DNA of 64,000 bases from an uncultured Candidatus Saccharimonas sp. (GCA_943354005.1 CALRBE010000004.1:4600-68599), one strand, 5' to 3'. Counted from the stretch's first letter, positions 26,598 through 36,096 are shown. The notes: generated by a model not told the origin, from the sequence alone. Numbers and translations are program-made.

Positions 26598-27596
26598 ATG
26601 AGCATTGACGTTTTATCAGTCGGAGATATCGTAACTGATGCATTTATTAAATTAATGGACGATCAGGCTCATGCTACTAAGGATAATAAAGGCAGATGGC
26701 TCACTATGCCTTTTGGGGTGAAGATACCTTATGACCATGTCGAGGTACTTGAAGCTGTCGGAAATGCACCAAACGCCAGTGTAAGTTTTTCGAAGCTTGG
26801 CCTAAAGAGCGCGCTTATGGCAAATGTTGGCGGTGATCAGAATGGCCGAGATATGATCGCTTCACTTGAGAATAGTAAAGTTGATACGCGCTTCATTAAA
26901 GTTAACACAAAGCAGAAAAGTAACTACCACTATGTTCTATGGTACAAAGCTGAACGCACAATTCTTATTAAGCATGAAGAATATAAATACCACTGGCCGC
27001 ATTTAAGACCTGACGAGATCCCGAAATGGATTTACTTCAGCTCCATAAGTAAAACTGCTGAAAAATTTCATGATGAACTTTCTGATTGGCTAATAAAACA
27101 CCCAGACGTAAAGCTCGCCTTTCAGCCAGGTACTTTTCAAATTAATATGGGCACAAAAAGACTCGCTGAACTATATAAAAACACCGAGGTATTAGCAGTT
27201 AACCGTGAAGAAGCAGTCATGGTATCAAAAGGAGATTATAAAAATATAAATGATCTGTTCGATAAGCTTCATGCGCTTGGTCCTAAGATAGTCGTTATAA
27301 GCGATGGTCCAGACGGAGCATATGCCTCAGATGGCAATAGGCGATTAAAAATGCCAATTTATCCTGATCCCTCTCCACCATTTGAAAGAACCGGAGCTGG
27401 AGACGCTTTTACATCAACGTTTGTAGCCGCAATAATTAACGGAAGCGATATAGAGGGTGCATTGCAATGGGCACCGATTAATTCTATGAGTGTTGTTCAG
27501 TATGTTGGTGCACAAAAAGGACTTTTAACTGAGGCTCAGATAACCAAACTTCTTAAACAGTCACCTCGGTGGTATAGACCCGAAGAACTAAAGTAG
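26598..27596 (+). CDS. PfkB/ribokinase-family sugar(-phosphate) kinase
   Basis: N-terminal VGDIVTD, the C-terminal GAGDAF anion-hole motif and DGPDGAY. ATG 26598 lies 8 nt after the AAGAGGGG SD. Confidence 0.8.
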   Translation: MSIDVLSVGDIVTDAFIKLMDDQAHATKDNKGRWLTMPFGVKIPYDHVEVLEAVGNAPNASVSFSKLGLKSALMANVGGDQNGRDMIASLENSKVDTRFIKVNTKQKSNYHYVLWYKAERTILIKHEEYKYHWPHLRPDEIPKWIYFSSISKTAEKFHDELSDWLIKHPDVKLAFQPGTFQINMGTKRLAELYKNTEVLAVNREEAVMVSKGDYKNINDLFDKLHALGPKIVVISDGPDGAYASDGNRRLKMPIYPDPSPPFERTGAGDAFTSTFVAAIINGSDIEGALQWAPINSMSVVQYVGAQKGLLTEAQITKLLKQSPRWYRPEELK

Positions 27597-27606
27597 CTTA
27601 TATATA

Positions 27607-28848
27607 ATGGCCCACGCACTATCTCAATTGCTTGACGCTCATGAACCACTATTCACAATGGAGATGCAAGATCTCGAAAGAATTAGTGGCCATGCCTCAA
27701 TTGACGTTAAATTGATTGCAGAAATATCTCAAAAATTTCGGATGAAGATAAAAGAGCTTGGACTTGATCCTGACGATTCGACAGCTAACGAGCTTTATCA
27801 TGCGCTTCAGGGACTTATGAAATTGCACAATGAATATCTAACTAAAGCGATCGGCTGTAAGTTAGACTCAGACCTTGATTCACAGTGTAAGGCTATTAAA
27901 AAGGCAATCGATAAGCTTAATATTCCAAAAACTTGTTGGGTCATGAAGCAAAGTGTTGCAAAAAAAATACTAAAAGCCTATCCGCCCAAAAAAGTAATGA
28001 AGTATCTAGGATATAAATCCATTGATTCAATGATAAAGCGTGAGCCCATTATTGAACTGTATGCTGCTTGCCGAGTCATAGAAACAACTTCATGGCAAAA
28101 CAATTTCATTAAGACCTACAAGAAACTAACACCAAGTGACTTTGAACTACGCGAGATTAAGATTATCGTACTAACAAAAGAACGCTGGAGTGCTGCCGCT
28201 GCTCCATATGTAAAGTCTTCAAGGAGTAATATAACGCACCTTAAAGAGCTCGGCGCTGTCATCATCCTGCCAATAAATGTCGAGTATTTAAAAGGAGCAG
28301 TTATAAGCATAATGTCTCTGGCAATATATTATATTGGGGAAATACGCTCATATAGTGCTTTTTTCAAGCTCCATCAGGTACGTCCAGACTTTAGTACTGT
28401 CATTGTCGACACTATTCTTAAAGATCCACCTACTAAAGCCAAATTAGCTGGTAAAGACATGCATTGGAGGATAATACAAAGGCACTTCGGAAGCACTGAG
28501 CATATACAGGCAGAACTTTTTGAACCGCATGTACAAGTTGAAGATCTTTTTTGGCGCAAGGCAGAAGAAGTACTGTATAGGTTAGAACCAGCTTTGAAAT
28601 TCTGGGAAGAACTAGACTATGTCGGATCCTTCCGAACTGAAACTCCCGTCTCTTTTAATATGATGGACAACGCAATAAGTTATTGCAATGGGCTATCTTT
28701 TGCAAAACGTTCTAATAACCACTTACGACAAAGTCTAGTTAATGAACTTTACTTACGATATCTTAAGCAACCGACAGTAGAAGCGGTAATTCTTGAGCAA
28801 TTAAACGATGATCTTTTCAGTGTCGATAACTTTCTAGGAGATATATAG
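27607..28848 (+). CDS. Hypothetical protein (413 aa), no recognisable domain
   Basis: Long clean ORF starting 10 nt after the pfkB-family stop, with its stop 1 nt before the next start. Soluble, helix-rich by eye, with no motif I can place. Confidence 0.6.
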   Translation: MAHALSQLLDAHEPLFTMEMQDLERISGHASIDVKLIAEISQKFRMKIKELGLDPDDSTANELYHALQGLMKLHNEYLTKAIGCKLDSDLDSQCKAIKKAIDKLNIPKTCWVMKQSVAKKILKAYPPKKVMKYLGYKSIDSMIKREPIIELYAACRVIETTSWQNNFIKTYKKLTPSDFELREIKIIVLTKERWSAAAAPYVKSSRSNITHLKELGAVIILPINVEYLKGAVISIMSLAIYYIGEIRSYSAFFKLHQVRPDFSTVIVDTILKDPPTKAKLAGKDMHWRIIQRHFGSTEHIQAELFEPHVQVEDLFWRKAEEVLYRLEPALKFWEELDYVGSFRTETPVSFNMMDNAISYCNGLSFAKRSNNHLRQSLVNELYLRYLKQPTVEAVILEQLNDDLFSVDNFLGDI

Positions 28849-28849
28849 C

Positions 28850-29413
28850 ATGTATCAAATCTGCGTATCAGCGGCAGCAAAAGGCAAGACTGTAGAAGAA
28901 GCAAAAGAAATTGCCCGAGAAACAGGAGTTATATTGGCTGAAGCAGGACATACCTTAATGACTGGAGCCACGGTTGGCTTACCTAATACGGCCGCTATGA
29001 GCTATAAGAAAGCAAATGGCCATATGAGTCTGGGCATTAGCCCTGCTTCGAGCAAAATTGAGCACGTTATGAAGTATCGACTGCCAACTGAAGCATATGA
29101 CGCTATTCTCTATTCTGGACTCCACTATATTGGACGCGATGCTCTATTAATTAACTCAAGTGATGCAGTCATTAGTATCGGTGGCCGGATTGGTACACTC
29201 CATGAGTTTACGATCGCATTAGAATCAGGAACTCCAATCGGGTTTATTCAGGGAAGTGGAGGTATTAGCACCGAGATCATGGATATCTTACATGCAGCGG
29301 GTCGCCACCAGGGTGACGATGTAGTTTTTGGCAAGACACCCCAGGAAGTCCTTGATGCACTCGTCGCTATACTCGATAAACGTAATAAGAAATACGCCCA
29401 TCTGTATAAATAG
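28850..29413 (+). CDS. TIGR00725-type / LOG-like Rossmann-fold protein (SLOG superfamily)
   Basis: 187 aa. The layout is GHTLMTGATVGLP ... DAVISIGGRIGTLHEFTIALESGTPIGF. This parallels TIGR00725/LOG proteins (GGxGVM ... GGGyGTLsEia.al..gKPv). GGRIGTLHE is a near match to the LOG PGGxGTxxE motif, with one extra residue. Confidence 0.65.
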   Translation: MYQICVSAAAKGKTVEEAKEIARETGVILAEAGHTLMTGATVGLPNTAAMSYKKANGHMSLGISPASSKIEHVMKYRLPTEAYDAILYSGLHYIGRDALLINSSDAVISIGGRIGTLHEFTIALESGTPIGFIQGSGGISTEIMDILHAAGRHQGDDVVFGKTPQEVLDALVAILDKRNKKYAHLYK

Positions 29414-29435
29414 CCTTACTGTTATAATGTAGCTA

Positions 29436-31400
29436 ATGAATGCGTTTGAAATATCAAGTTCCTACAAGCCAGCAGGTGACCAACCTGTTGCTATTGACTC
29501 ACTAGTTAAGGGTCTTAAAAAGGGCGTTAAAGAACAGACGCTACTGGGAGTTACCGGAAGTGGTAAAACTTTTACTATGGCAAACGTCATACAAGAGGTT
29601 CAAAAGCCGACACTTGTTCTCTGCCATAACAAAACCCTCGCCGCCCAACTATATGAAGAGTTTAGGCGTTTCTTTCCTAATAATGCCGTTCACTATTTCG
29701 TGAGTTACTTTGACTATTATCAGCCAGAAGCCTATATCGCTCGCAGTGATACTTATATTGAAAAAGATAGCCAAATTAATGAAGAGATAGATCGCTTAAG
29801 ACATGCTGCTACTGACTCTTTGCTATCACGAAAAGACGTTATCATTATTGCCAGTGTCAGCTGTATATACGGTATTGGCTCTGTTGAAGACTATGATGGC
29901 CTGGCCGTAACACTTAAAGTAGGTGAACGTCGCTTAAGAGACAAGCTACTTAGACAGCTTACAGATATTCAGTATCAACGTAATGACATTGATTTTTCAA
30001 GAGGTGCATTTAGAGTCCGCGGAGACGTTGTCGATATTTTTCCAGCAGGTGAAGAAACAGCTTATCGAATTGAATTTTTTGGTGACGAAATTGAAAAAAT
30101 GACCGAGATAAATCCGCTCACTGGTGAAATAATCAAGCAAAAAACGTCACTCAAAATTTTTCCCAGTTCACACTACGTTACACCGTACAATAAGTTACAA
30201 GTAGCACTCGGTCATATTAAAAAAGAACTCGATAATCGGCTTGAGTTTTTCAAAAAGAATAAGTTACTCCTTGAAGCTCAACGAATACAGCAACGTACAA
30301 ATTTTGATATTGAAATGCTTGAAGAGACTGGTTTCGTAAAAGGAATCGAAAATTATAGTCGCTATCTTACTAATCGTGAGCCAGGCGAGCAGCCGGCTAC
30401 TCTACTTGATTATTACCCTGATGACTTCTTAATGTTTATAGATGAATCGCACATGACTATTCCTCAGGTTCGCGGTATGTATAACGGAGACAGGGCACGC
30501 AAAGAAGTGTTAGTGGAACATGGCTTTCGCCTACCCAGTGCTCTTGATAATAGACCGTTGACGTTCTCTGAATTTGAACGACACATCAATCAAGTAATAT
30601 ATGTTAGTGCAACTCCTGCTGAGTATGAACTCTCACGCAGCCCTGAAGCCATACAACAGATTATTCGGCCCACAGGTCTAATTGACCCGGTTATACAAAT
30701 ACGACCCGTTGCAGGGCAGGTGGATGATCTAATTGCTGAGATACGCGCAACTACAGAAAAACACCAGCGTGTACTTGTTACTACGCTTACAAAGCGGATG
30801 AGTGAAGATCTTACTGACTATCTCAAAGAACTAAACATTAAAGTGGCATATATTCATAGCGACGTTGATACCCTGGATAGGACTGATATCCTACGTGATC
30901 TAAGACTTGGAGTATACGACGTTATTGTAGGCATTAACCTGCTACGAGAAGGCCTCGACCTTCCGGAAGTAAGCCTAGTTGCTATACTCGACGCAGACAA
31001 AGAAGGATTTTTACGAAGCCAACAGGCACTGACTCAAACTGTAGGTCGAGCTGCTCGACATCAAGAAGGCCGGGTAATAATGTACGCTGATTCCATTACT
31101 GGAAGTATGAGTCGTACTATCAAGGAAACAGATAGACGCCGAACTATTCAAGAAAAGTATAATAAAGATCATGGCATAACGCCGACAAGCATCTCTAAGA
31201 ATATTGAAAAAAGGATGCGTGCTGATCTACCTGAAGAAGCAATGACCGCTAAACTCAATCTTAAGAAAATTCCAAAAGACGAGTACAAGCACTTACTTAA
31301 AGACTTAGGGGCTCAAATGGATCTTGCAGCAGCTAACCTTGAATTTGAAAAAGCCGCTGAACTAAGAGATATCATGGAGCAAATAAAAAAAGAATTATAA
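29436..31400 (+). CDS. uvrB: Excinuclease ABC subunit B
   Basis: GVTGSGKT Walker A, YYQPEAY beta-hairpin region, DESH box, C-terminal UVR motif (FEKAAELRD). TGtTATAAT ends 7 nt before the ATG. Confidence 0.97.
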   Translation: MNAFEISSSYKPAGDQPVAIDSLVKGLKKGVKEQTLLGVTGSGKTFTMANVIQEVQKPTLVLCHNKTLAAQLYEEFRRFFPNNAVHYFVSYFDYYQPEAYIARSDTYIEKDSQINEEIDRLRHAATDSLLSRKDVIIIASVSCIYGIGSVEDYDGLAVTLKVGERRLRDKLLRQLTDIQYQRNDIDFSRGAFRVRGDVVDIFPAGEETAYRIEFFGDEIEKMTEINPLTGEIIKQKTSLKIFPSSHYVTPYNKLQVALGHIKKELDNRLEFFKKNKLLLEAQRIQQRTNFDIEMLEETGFVKGIENYSRYLTNREPGEQPATLLDYYPDDFLMFIDESHMTIPQVRGMYNGDRARKEVLVEHGFRLPSALDNRPLTFSEFERHINQVIYVSATPAEYELSRSPEAIQQIIRPTGLIDPVIQIRPVAGQVDDLIAEIRATTEKHQRVLVTTLTKRMSEDLTDYLKELNIKVAYIHSDVDTLDRTDILRDLRLGVYDVIVGINLLREGLDLPEVSLVAILDADKEGFLRSQQALTQTVGRAARHQEGRVIMYADSITGSMSRTIKETDRRRTIQEKYNKDHGITPTSISKNIEKRMRADLPEEAMTAKLNLKKIPKDEYKHLLKDLGAQMDLAAANLEFEKAAELRDIMEQIKKEL

Positions 31401-31404
31401 ACTT

Positions 31405-32457
31405 TTACTGACCTAAGTGTACTTTGTAAAATTCAAGGTCATCTGCCTGTTTTGAGTCGCAACGCTCCATTTCAAATAGTAAGGCAAATATTCGTTTGTC
31501 TATATGCTCCAATGTCTTAGAGTGTGCAATAGTTAGATGAGCGCCTTCAATCCTTTCGATCCGGACATTATCATGGTCCGCATATATATCTTCCCAGACG
31601 TGCGGCATGCTGGCAAAGTCATCGTGAAACGTCGTAATATGCATATTTTGTTTAATAGGTATGAGACTGGCCAGCTCACCGGATTCTCCACTAAACAAAC
31701 TTGGTCCAAGGAGTATGTTATTGATAATTGCTTTTGGGTGAACATCTAATGACGCAGGATAGTGAACCATTTTTCGAAGAGAAATACTGCCTACTAATTT
31801 TGCAAATTCTAAGGGCTCTTGAGCTATTTGCTTCATTAGATCGGGCGCTTTGGAAATTGAAAACTTCTGTGGAAAACATGGTGCCGTAAGATCAGCGTAG
31901 GGAATATTCCTATCGTATAGTTTTGCTAACGCGAGAACTCCTTTGCCTACCATAGCGCCGCGTGACTCTCCTAAAAGAATCATATCTTGGGTTTCTATAT
32001 GCAATTTATCATTTTTACTTTGTACGGTATCCAAAATCTTATGCATATGGTGAGCCGTACGTAACAAAGAATGGTCTTGTAAACTTTGCATGTGGGCAGT
32101 GAGGGGCACTTTATCTGGATTTCTGTAACTGCCTTCGATACCAATGGCCATACCAGAAACCCCTAGACGCATAAAATGCTCAATAGTATGCCTGTTGTGA
32201 CCACGTGTACTTGTCCACCAGGCTGGCGTAAGTCCTATTGTAATATCAGTGATAGGCTCATTGGCTACTGCTCTTAAGACGGCGTAGGCCGTACTATCTT
32301 TCATGATAACAGCGTCTGAGTGAAGAGTTCCCGCCGCATGATAATCTGGAAGAGAAATATCAGGTATGTATTCTTGGACCGCAGTAGTGAACTTTAAAGA
32401 CTCAAATGAATTTTGAACATTTATCGCTATATCTTTTTGATTATTTTGAGCACTCAT
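31405..32457 (-). CDS. Hypothetical alpha/beta-hydrolase-like protein
   Basis: 350 aa. It has a nucleophile-elbow-like GESRG motif (LLGESRGAMVG), a later FHDD, and GAH near the C-terminus, an order consistent with a Ser-Asp-His triad. No closer family recognised. Confidence 0.5.
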   Translation of the reverse strand: MSAQNNQKDIAINVQNSFESLKFTTAVQEYIPDISLPDYHAAGTLHSDAVIMKDSTAYAVLRAVANEPITDITIGLTPAWWTSTRGHNRHTIEHFMRLGVSGMAIGIEGSYRNPDKVPLTAHMQSLQDHSLLRTAHHMHKILDTVQSKNDKLHIETQDMILLGESRGAMVGKGVLALAKLYDRNIPYADLTAPCFPQKFSISKAPDLMKQIAQEPLEFAKLVGSISLRKMVHYPASLDVHPKAIINNILLGPSLFSGESGELASLIPIKQNMHITTFHDDFASMPHVWEDIYADHDNVRIERIEGAHLTIAHSKTLEHIDKRIFALLFEMERCDSKQADDLEFYKVHLGQ

Positions 32458-32548
32458 ACTACATAATCCAAACTTCTAATGCTAGAGTCATGTTATTACT
32501 CTATAGTTCATCTGTAAAGTATTTCTTACTTTGATGTATAATAATGTG

Positions 32549-32839
32549 ATGGTAAACCTCACTCGAGAAGATGTACATCGACTTGCGATGCTCTCTAAAA
32601 TAACAATTGCTGAAGATGAAATTGCACAAATGCAGAAAGATCTAGACTCAGTTCTAGCTTATGTTGAGAAACTTCAGGATGTTGATACCTCTAACCTGGA
32701 GCCAACTAATCAGGTTACAGGACTCAAGAACATTATGCGAAATGATGAGGTTATAGACTATGGTATGAGCCAAGAGGTTCTTCTTTCAAACGTACCAGAA
32801 GTTGAAAAAAACTATATTAAAACAAAGCGTGTGCTATGA
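32549..32839 (+). CDS. gatC: Asp/Glu-tRNA amidotransferase subunit C
   Basis: MVNLTREDVHRLAMLSKITIAEDEI is a typical GatC N-terminus. TATAAT (32537-32542) ends 6 nt before ATG 32549. It overlaps gatA by 4 nt. Confidence 0.85.
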   Translation: MVNLTREDVHRLAMLSKITIAEDEIAQMQKDLDSVLAYVEKLQDVDTSNLEPTNQVTGLKNIMRNDEVIDYGMSQEVLLSNVPEVEKNYIKTKRVL

Positions 32840-34272
32840 ACAGTAAATGGCTACCAATTAATGAAATAGCTGAAAAAGTAAACAATGGAAGTTTAAGCGC
32901 CACTGATATGGTGGATCAAGCACTTAAGACTATCGAACAGAACACTGAATACAACGCGATCATAGTTACTACTGCAGATCGAGCTCGCGAAAGAGCTTTA
33001 CAAATAGATAAGCTAATTAAATCTGGCACTAATGCAGGAATGCTAGCTGGCGTTCCATTCATAGCAAAAGATAATTTTTTAGTATTTGGAGCTGAGACAA
33101 CTGCAGCAAGCAATATCCTTAAGGGCTTCAAAGCTCCTTATCAGGCTACAGTTATAGAAAAACTAGAGGCTGCCGGTGCTATTTGTGTCGCAAAAGCTAA
33201 CCTAGACGCCTTTGGGCATGGCGGTAGCACAGAAAATAGCGATTTTGGTCCAACCCTAAACCCACATGATAAGCATAAGGTTCCAGGTGGTTCTTCAGGC
33301 GGATCAGCCGCAGCTGTAGTGCTGGATATGGTCCCATTCGCTCTGGGAACCGATACTGGAGGCTCAAGCCGCCAACCAGCAAGCTTTAGTGGTTGCGTGG
33401 GATATAAGCCAACATACGGCCTTATGAGTCGAAGCGGCATTATTGCAATGGCAAGTAGTACTGATACTGTTGGTGTTCTTGGTCGTGACGTTACGGACGT
33501 CGCCTATGTTACTGAATGTATCAGCGGCAAAGATCCATTAGATAGTACGACAATTGAGAGCGACCCTGCTGGTTACATGATAGATAAGCCGCTTAAGGAT
33601 CTTAAGGGTATAAAAATAGGTCTTGTTTCAGAATATATGACTGATGGAGTTGATCCAGACGTCAAGAACAAAATTGAAGAAACTGCAAAGCAGCTTACAG
33701 CACTTGGAGCTGAAGTTATTCCAGTAAGTATTCCAAGCTTATCTCTGGCTCTTGCTGTCTACTATATTTTAGTCCCTGCAGAAATTAGCAGTAACCTTAG
33801 TCGTTACGATGGGCAACGATTTGGGTATAGTGACCCTAACGCAAAGGACCTAGATGAAAGCTATACGAACTCTCGAACAAGAGGCTTTGGAAAAGAAGCA
33901 AAACGCCGAATAATGATTGGTACCCATGTATTGAGTAGTGGCTACTACGAGGCGTATTATAAAAAGGCCCAGCTAGTTCGTACTAAAATAATTAATGAAG
34001 TTCATAAGACATTCCAGTCAGTCGATTATCTTATTGGCCCGGCAGCTCCAACAACGGCTTTTGAGCTCGGTAGCAGCACGCAAGACCCTCTACAGATGTA
34101 TCTTGCAGACATTATGACGGTTGGGGCTAGTCTTACCGGTATCCCAGCTATTGTAATACCAGCTGGAACTGTTTCAGGTATGCCTGTAGGTTTACAGATA
34201 ATGTCCCCACAAAAGTCAGATAAATCACTACTAGAAGTAGCTCAATTAGCACAGAAAGAAATAAACAAATGA
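32836..34272 (+). CDS. gatA: Asp/Glu-tRNA amidotransferase subunit A
   Basis: Amidase signature GGSSGGSAAAV and GTDTGGSSRQPA. Confidence 0.95.
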   Translation: MNSKWLPINEIAEKVNNGSLSATDMVDQALKTIEQNTEYNAIIVTTADRARERALQIDKLIKSGTNAGMLAGVPFIAKDNFLVFGAETTAASNILKGFKAPYQATVIEKLEAAGAICVAKANLDAFGHGGSTENSDFGPTLNPHDKHKVPGGSSGGSAAAVVLDMVPFALGTDTGGSSRQPASFSGCVGYKPTYGLMSRSGIIAMASSTDTVGVLGRDVTDVAYVTECISGKDPLDSTTIESDPAGYMIDKPLKDLKGIKIGLVSEYMTDGVDPDVKNKIEETAKQLTALGAEVIPVSIPSLSLALAVYYILVPAEISSNLSRYDGQRFGYSDPNAKDLDESYTNSRTRGFGKEAKRRIMIGTHVLSSGYYEAYYKKAQLVRTKIINEVHKTFQSVDYLIGPAAPTTAFELGSSTQDPLQMYLADIMTVGASLTGIPAIVIPAGTVSGMPVGLQIMSPQKSDKSLLEVAQLAQKEINK

Positions 34273-34613
34273 AATTATTACCTGCTCGTAAAATAAATCA
34301 GAATAAATTCAAAGAAAAGTGGGTTGAACTACAAGCTTACTGTAAGACCAAAAATACTTGGGGTCTTGCTTTAATTAATGCCGATAGTCTTCTTGATGAG
34401 GCATTAAAAAAGAAACGATTTAAAGGTAAAAGTATGGGTGAACGCCTGGTTGATGCTCAGAGAGTATTAACAAATAATGATGCCATTTGGTTTGCTCATA
34501 ATCTGGCCAAGAAAGCAGTTAATGATAGTACTATGAAATTGAAGGAATCTGATGTTAAGAAATCACTTGTAGGATTTAGGCAAGCATTACGAGATTTAGG
34601 AGCATTAGAGTAG
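34269..34613 (+). CDS. Hypothetical 114-aa protein embedded in the gatCAB operon
   Basis: Its ATG overlaps the gatA stop (ATGA), and its stop lies 1 nt before the gatB ATG. Lys-rich, apparently all-helical, with no motif recognised. Confidence 0.6.
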   Translation: MKLLPARKINQNKFKEKWVELQAYCKTKNTWGLALINADSLLDEALKKKRFKGKSMGERLVDAQRVLTNNDAIWFAHNLAKKAVNDSTMKLKESDVKKSLVGFRQALRDLGALE

Positions 34614-34614
34614 C

Positions 34615-36096
34615 ATGGCAAAGGTTTCACAGGATATAAGAGACAAGTATACCGTTACTATAGGTATTGAATGTCATGTCCAGCTCAAGACCTACACGAA
34701 GCTTTTCGCGGGAGTTAGTAATGATGCACGGGGTGCAGCACCAAATACGCTTATTAGTCACATATGCCTGGGTCTTCCTGGGGCTTTACCTGTTGTTAAT
34801 GCACATGCTATTGAACTGGCAAGTCGCGCAGCCTTTGCACTTAAATCTACGCCTTCTACTTTTAGTACATTTGATCGAAAACATTACTTTTATCCTGACT
34901 TACCTATGGGATATCAGATTACGCAGTTTTATGACCCGATTGTTGTTGGCGGTAAGGTGCATACGAATGTTGATGGTACGCCACATATCGTTAGTATTAC
35001 CCGTGCTCATCTTGAAGCAGATGCAGGAAAAAATACGCATCCGGCCGGTGCAGACTATAGCCTAGTTGATCTTAACCGAGCTGGTACTCCTCTTTTAGAA
35101 ATCGTCTCAGACCCAGATATTCATAGTCCTGCTGAAGCTCGTGCCTACGCTCACGAACTATTCCTACTTATGAAGTATGCCGATGTATCAGACGCTGACT
35201 TATTCCATGGCAACATGAGGTTTGATGTTAATGTAAGTGTTAGCACAACGGATGAACTTGGTACTCGAACTGAGACTAAGAACTTAAACTCATTCAAAAG
35301 TGTAGAAAAAGCAGCAGAATATGAGATCAATCGACAGATAGCTTTACTCGAAAAAGGTGTAAAAATTGACCAAGAAACTCGTGGCTGGGATGATGGATCT
35401 CAGAAAACAACAAGCCAGAGAGGCAAAGAACAAGCACACGACTATCGCTATATGCCTGATCCTGACTTACCGCCAATTGAGTTGAGTGATGATTTTATTG
35501 CACGCGTAAAGGAAACCTTACCAATGATGCCTGATGAGTGGCGGGCAACATTAGCAGGACTTGGGCTAGACGCTAGTCAGATTTCAGTACTACTAGAAGC
35601 TGAAGTAGACAATTCTAATGTTGAGTATCTGCTCATTCTAAAAAATAATCTAAGTAATAAAAACTATGCTAAACAGCTTGCGAATTGGTTTGTCAACATT
35701 GAAATACCGTATAGAAGAGATGAGGCCAATAACCCACGTATTCTAGCACCTCAAAAACCAAAACTTTATAAGGCCGTTTATGACATGGTTGAAGCAAATA
35801 AGCTAAGCTCAACTTCTGCAAGAAATCTGATTCAACTATTACTCGATCACGAAGAACTGCCAGACAATATTGAGCAGTATGCTACAGATCAAGGGCTTGT
35901 CCAGGTTTCAAATACAGATGAACTTGAGAAAATAGCAGATACAGTTATTGAAGACAATTCTCAGGCCGTTGCTGATATAAAAAGTGGAGAGATGAAAGCT
36001 CTTGGGTTCCTTGTGGGACAAATGATGAAGCTATCAAAAGGCAAGGCTAACCCATCAATTGCCCAAGAAATACTAAAGAATAAGATCCTTTCATAA
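34615..36096 (+). CDS. gatB: Asp/Glu-tRNA amidotransferase subunit B
   Basis: IGIECHVQL, FDRKHYFYPDLP, LNRAGTPLLEIV, C-terminal YqeY-like tail. Confidence 0.95.
   Translation: MAKVSQDIRDKYTVTIGIECHVQLKTYTKLFAGVSNDARGAAPNTLISHICLGLPGALPVVNAHAIELASRAAFALKSTPSTFSTFDRKHYFYPDLPMGYQITQFYDPIVVGGKVHTNVDGTPHIVSITRAHLEADAGKNTHPAGADYSLVDLNRAGTPLLEIVSDPDIHSPAEARAYAHELFLLMKYADVSDADLFHGNMRFDVNVSVSTTDELGTRTETKNLNSFKSVEKAAEYEINRQIALLEKGVKIDQETRGWDDGSQKTTSQRGKEQAHDYRYMPDPDLPPIELSDDFIARVKETLPMMPDEWRATLAGLGLDASQISVLLEAEVDNSNVEYLLILKNNLSNKNYAKQLANWFVNIEIPYRRDEANNPRILAPQKPKLYKAVYDMVEANKLSSTSARNLIQLLLDHEELPDNIEQYATDQGLVQVSNTDELEKIADTVIEDNSQAVADIKSGEMKALGFLVGQMMKLSKGKANPSIAQEILKNKILS

Noticed and set aside
34667-35065. 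132-aa same-strand, alternative-frame ORF inside gatB
   Set aside because: It is an out-of-frame overlap with a highly conserved region of gatB. The Leu/Arg-rich translation is typical of frame-shifted coding sequence, and I see no independent start signal.
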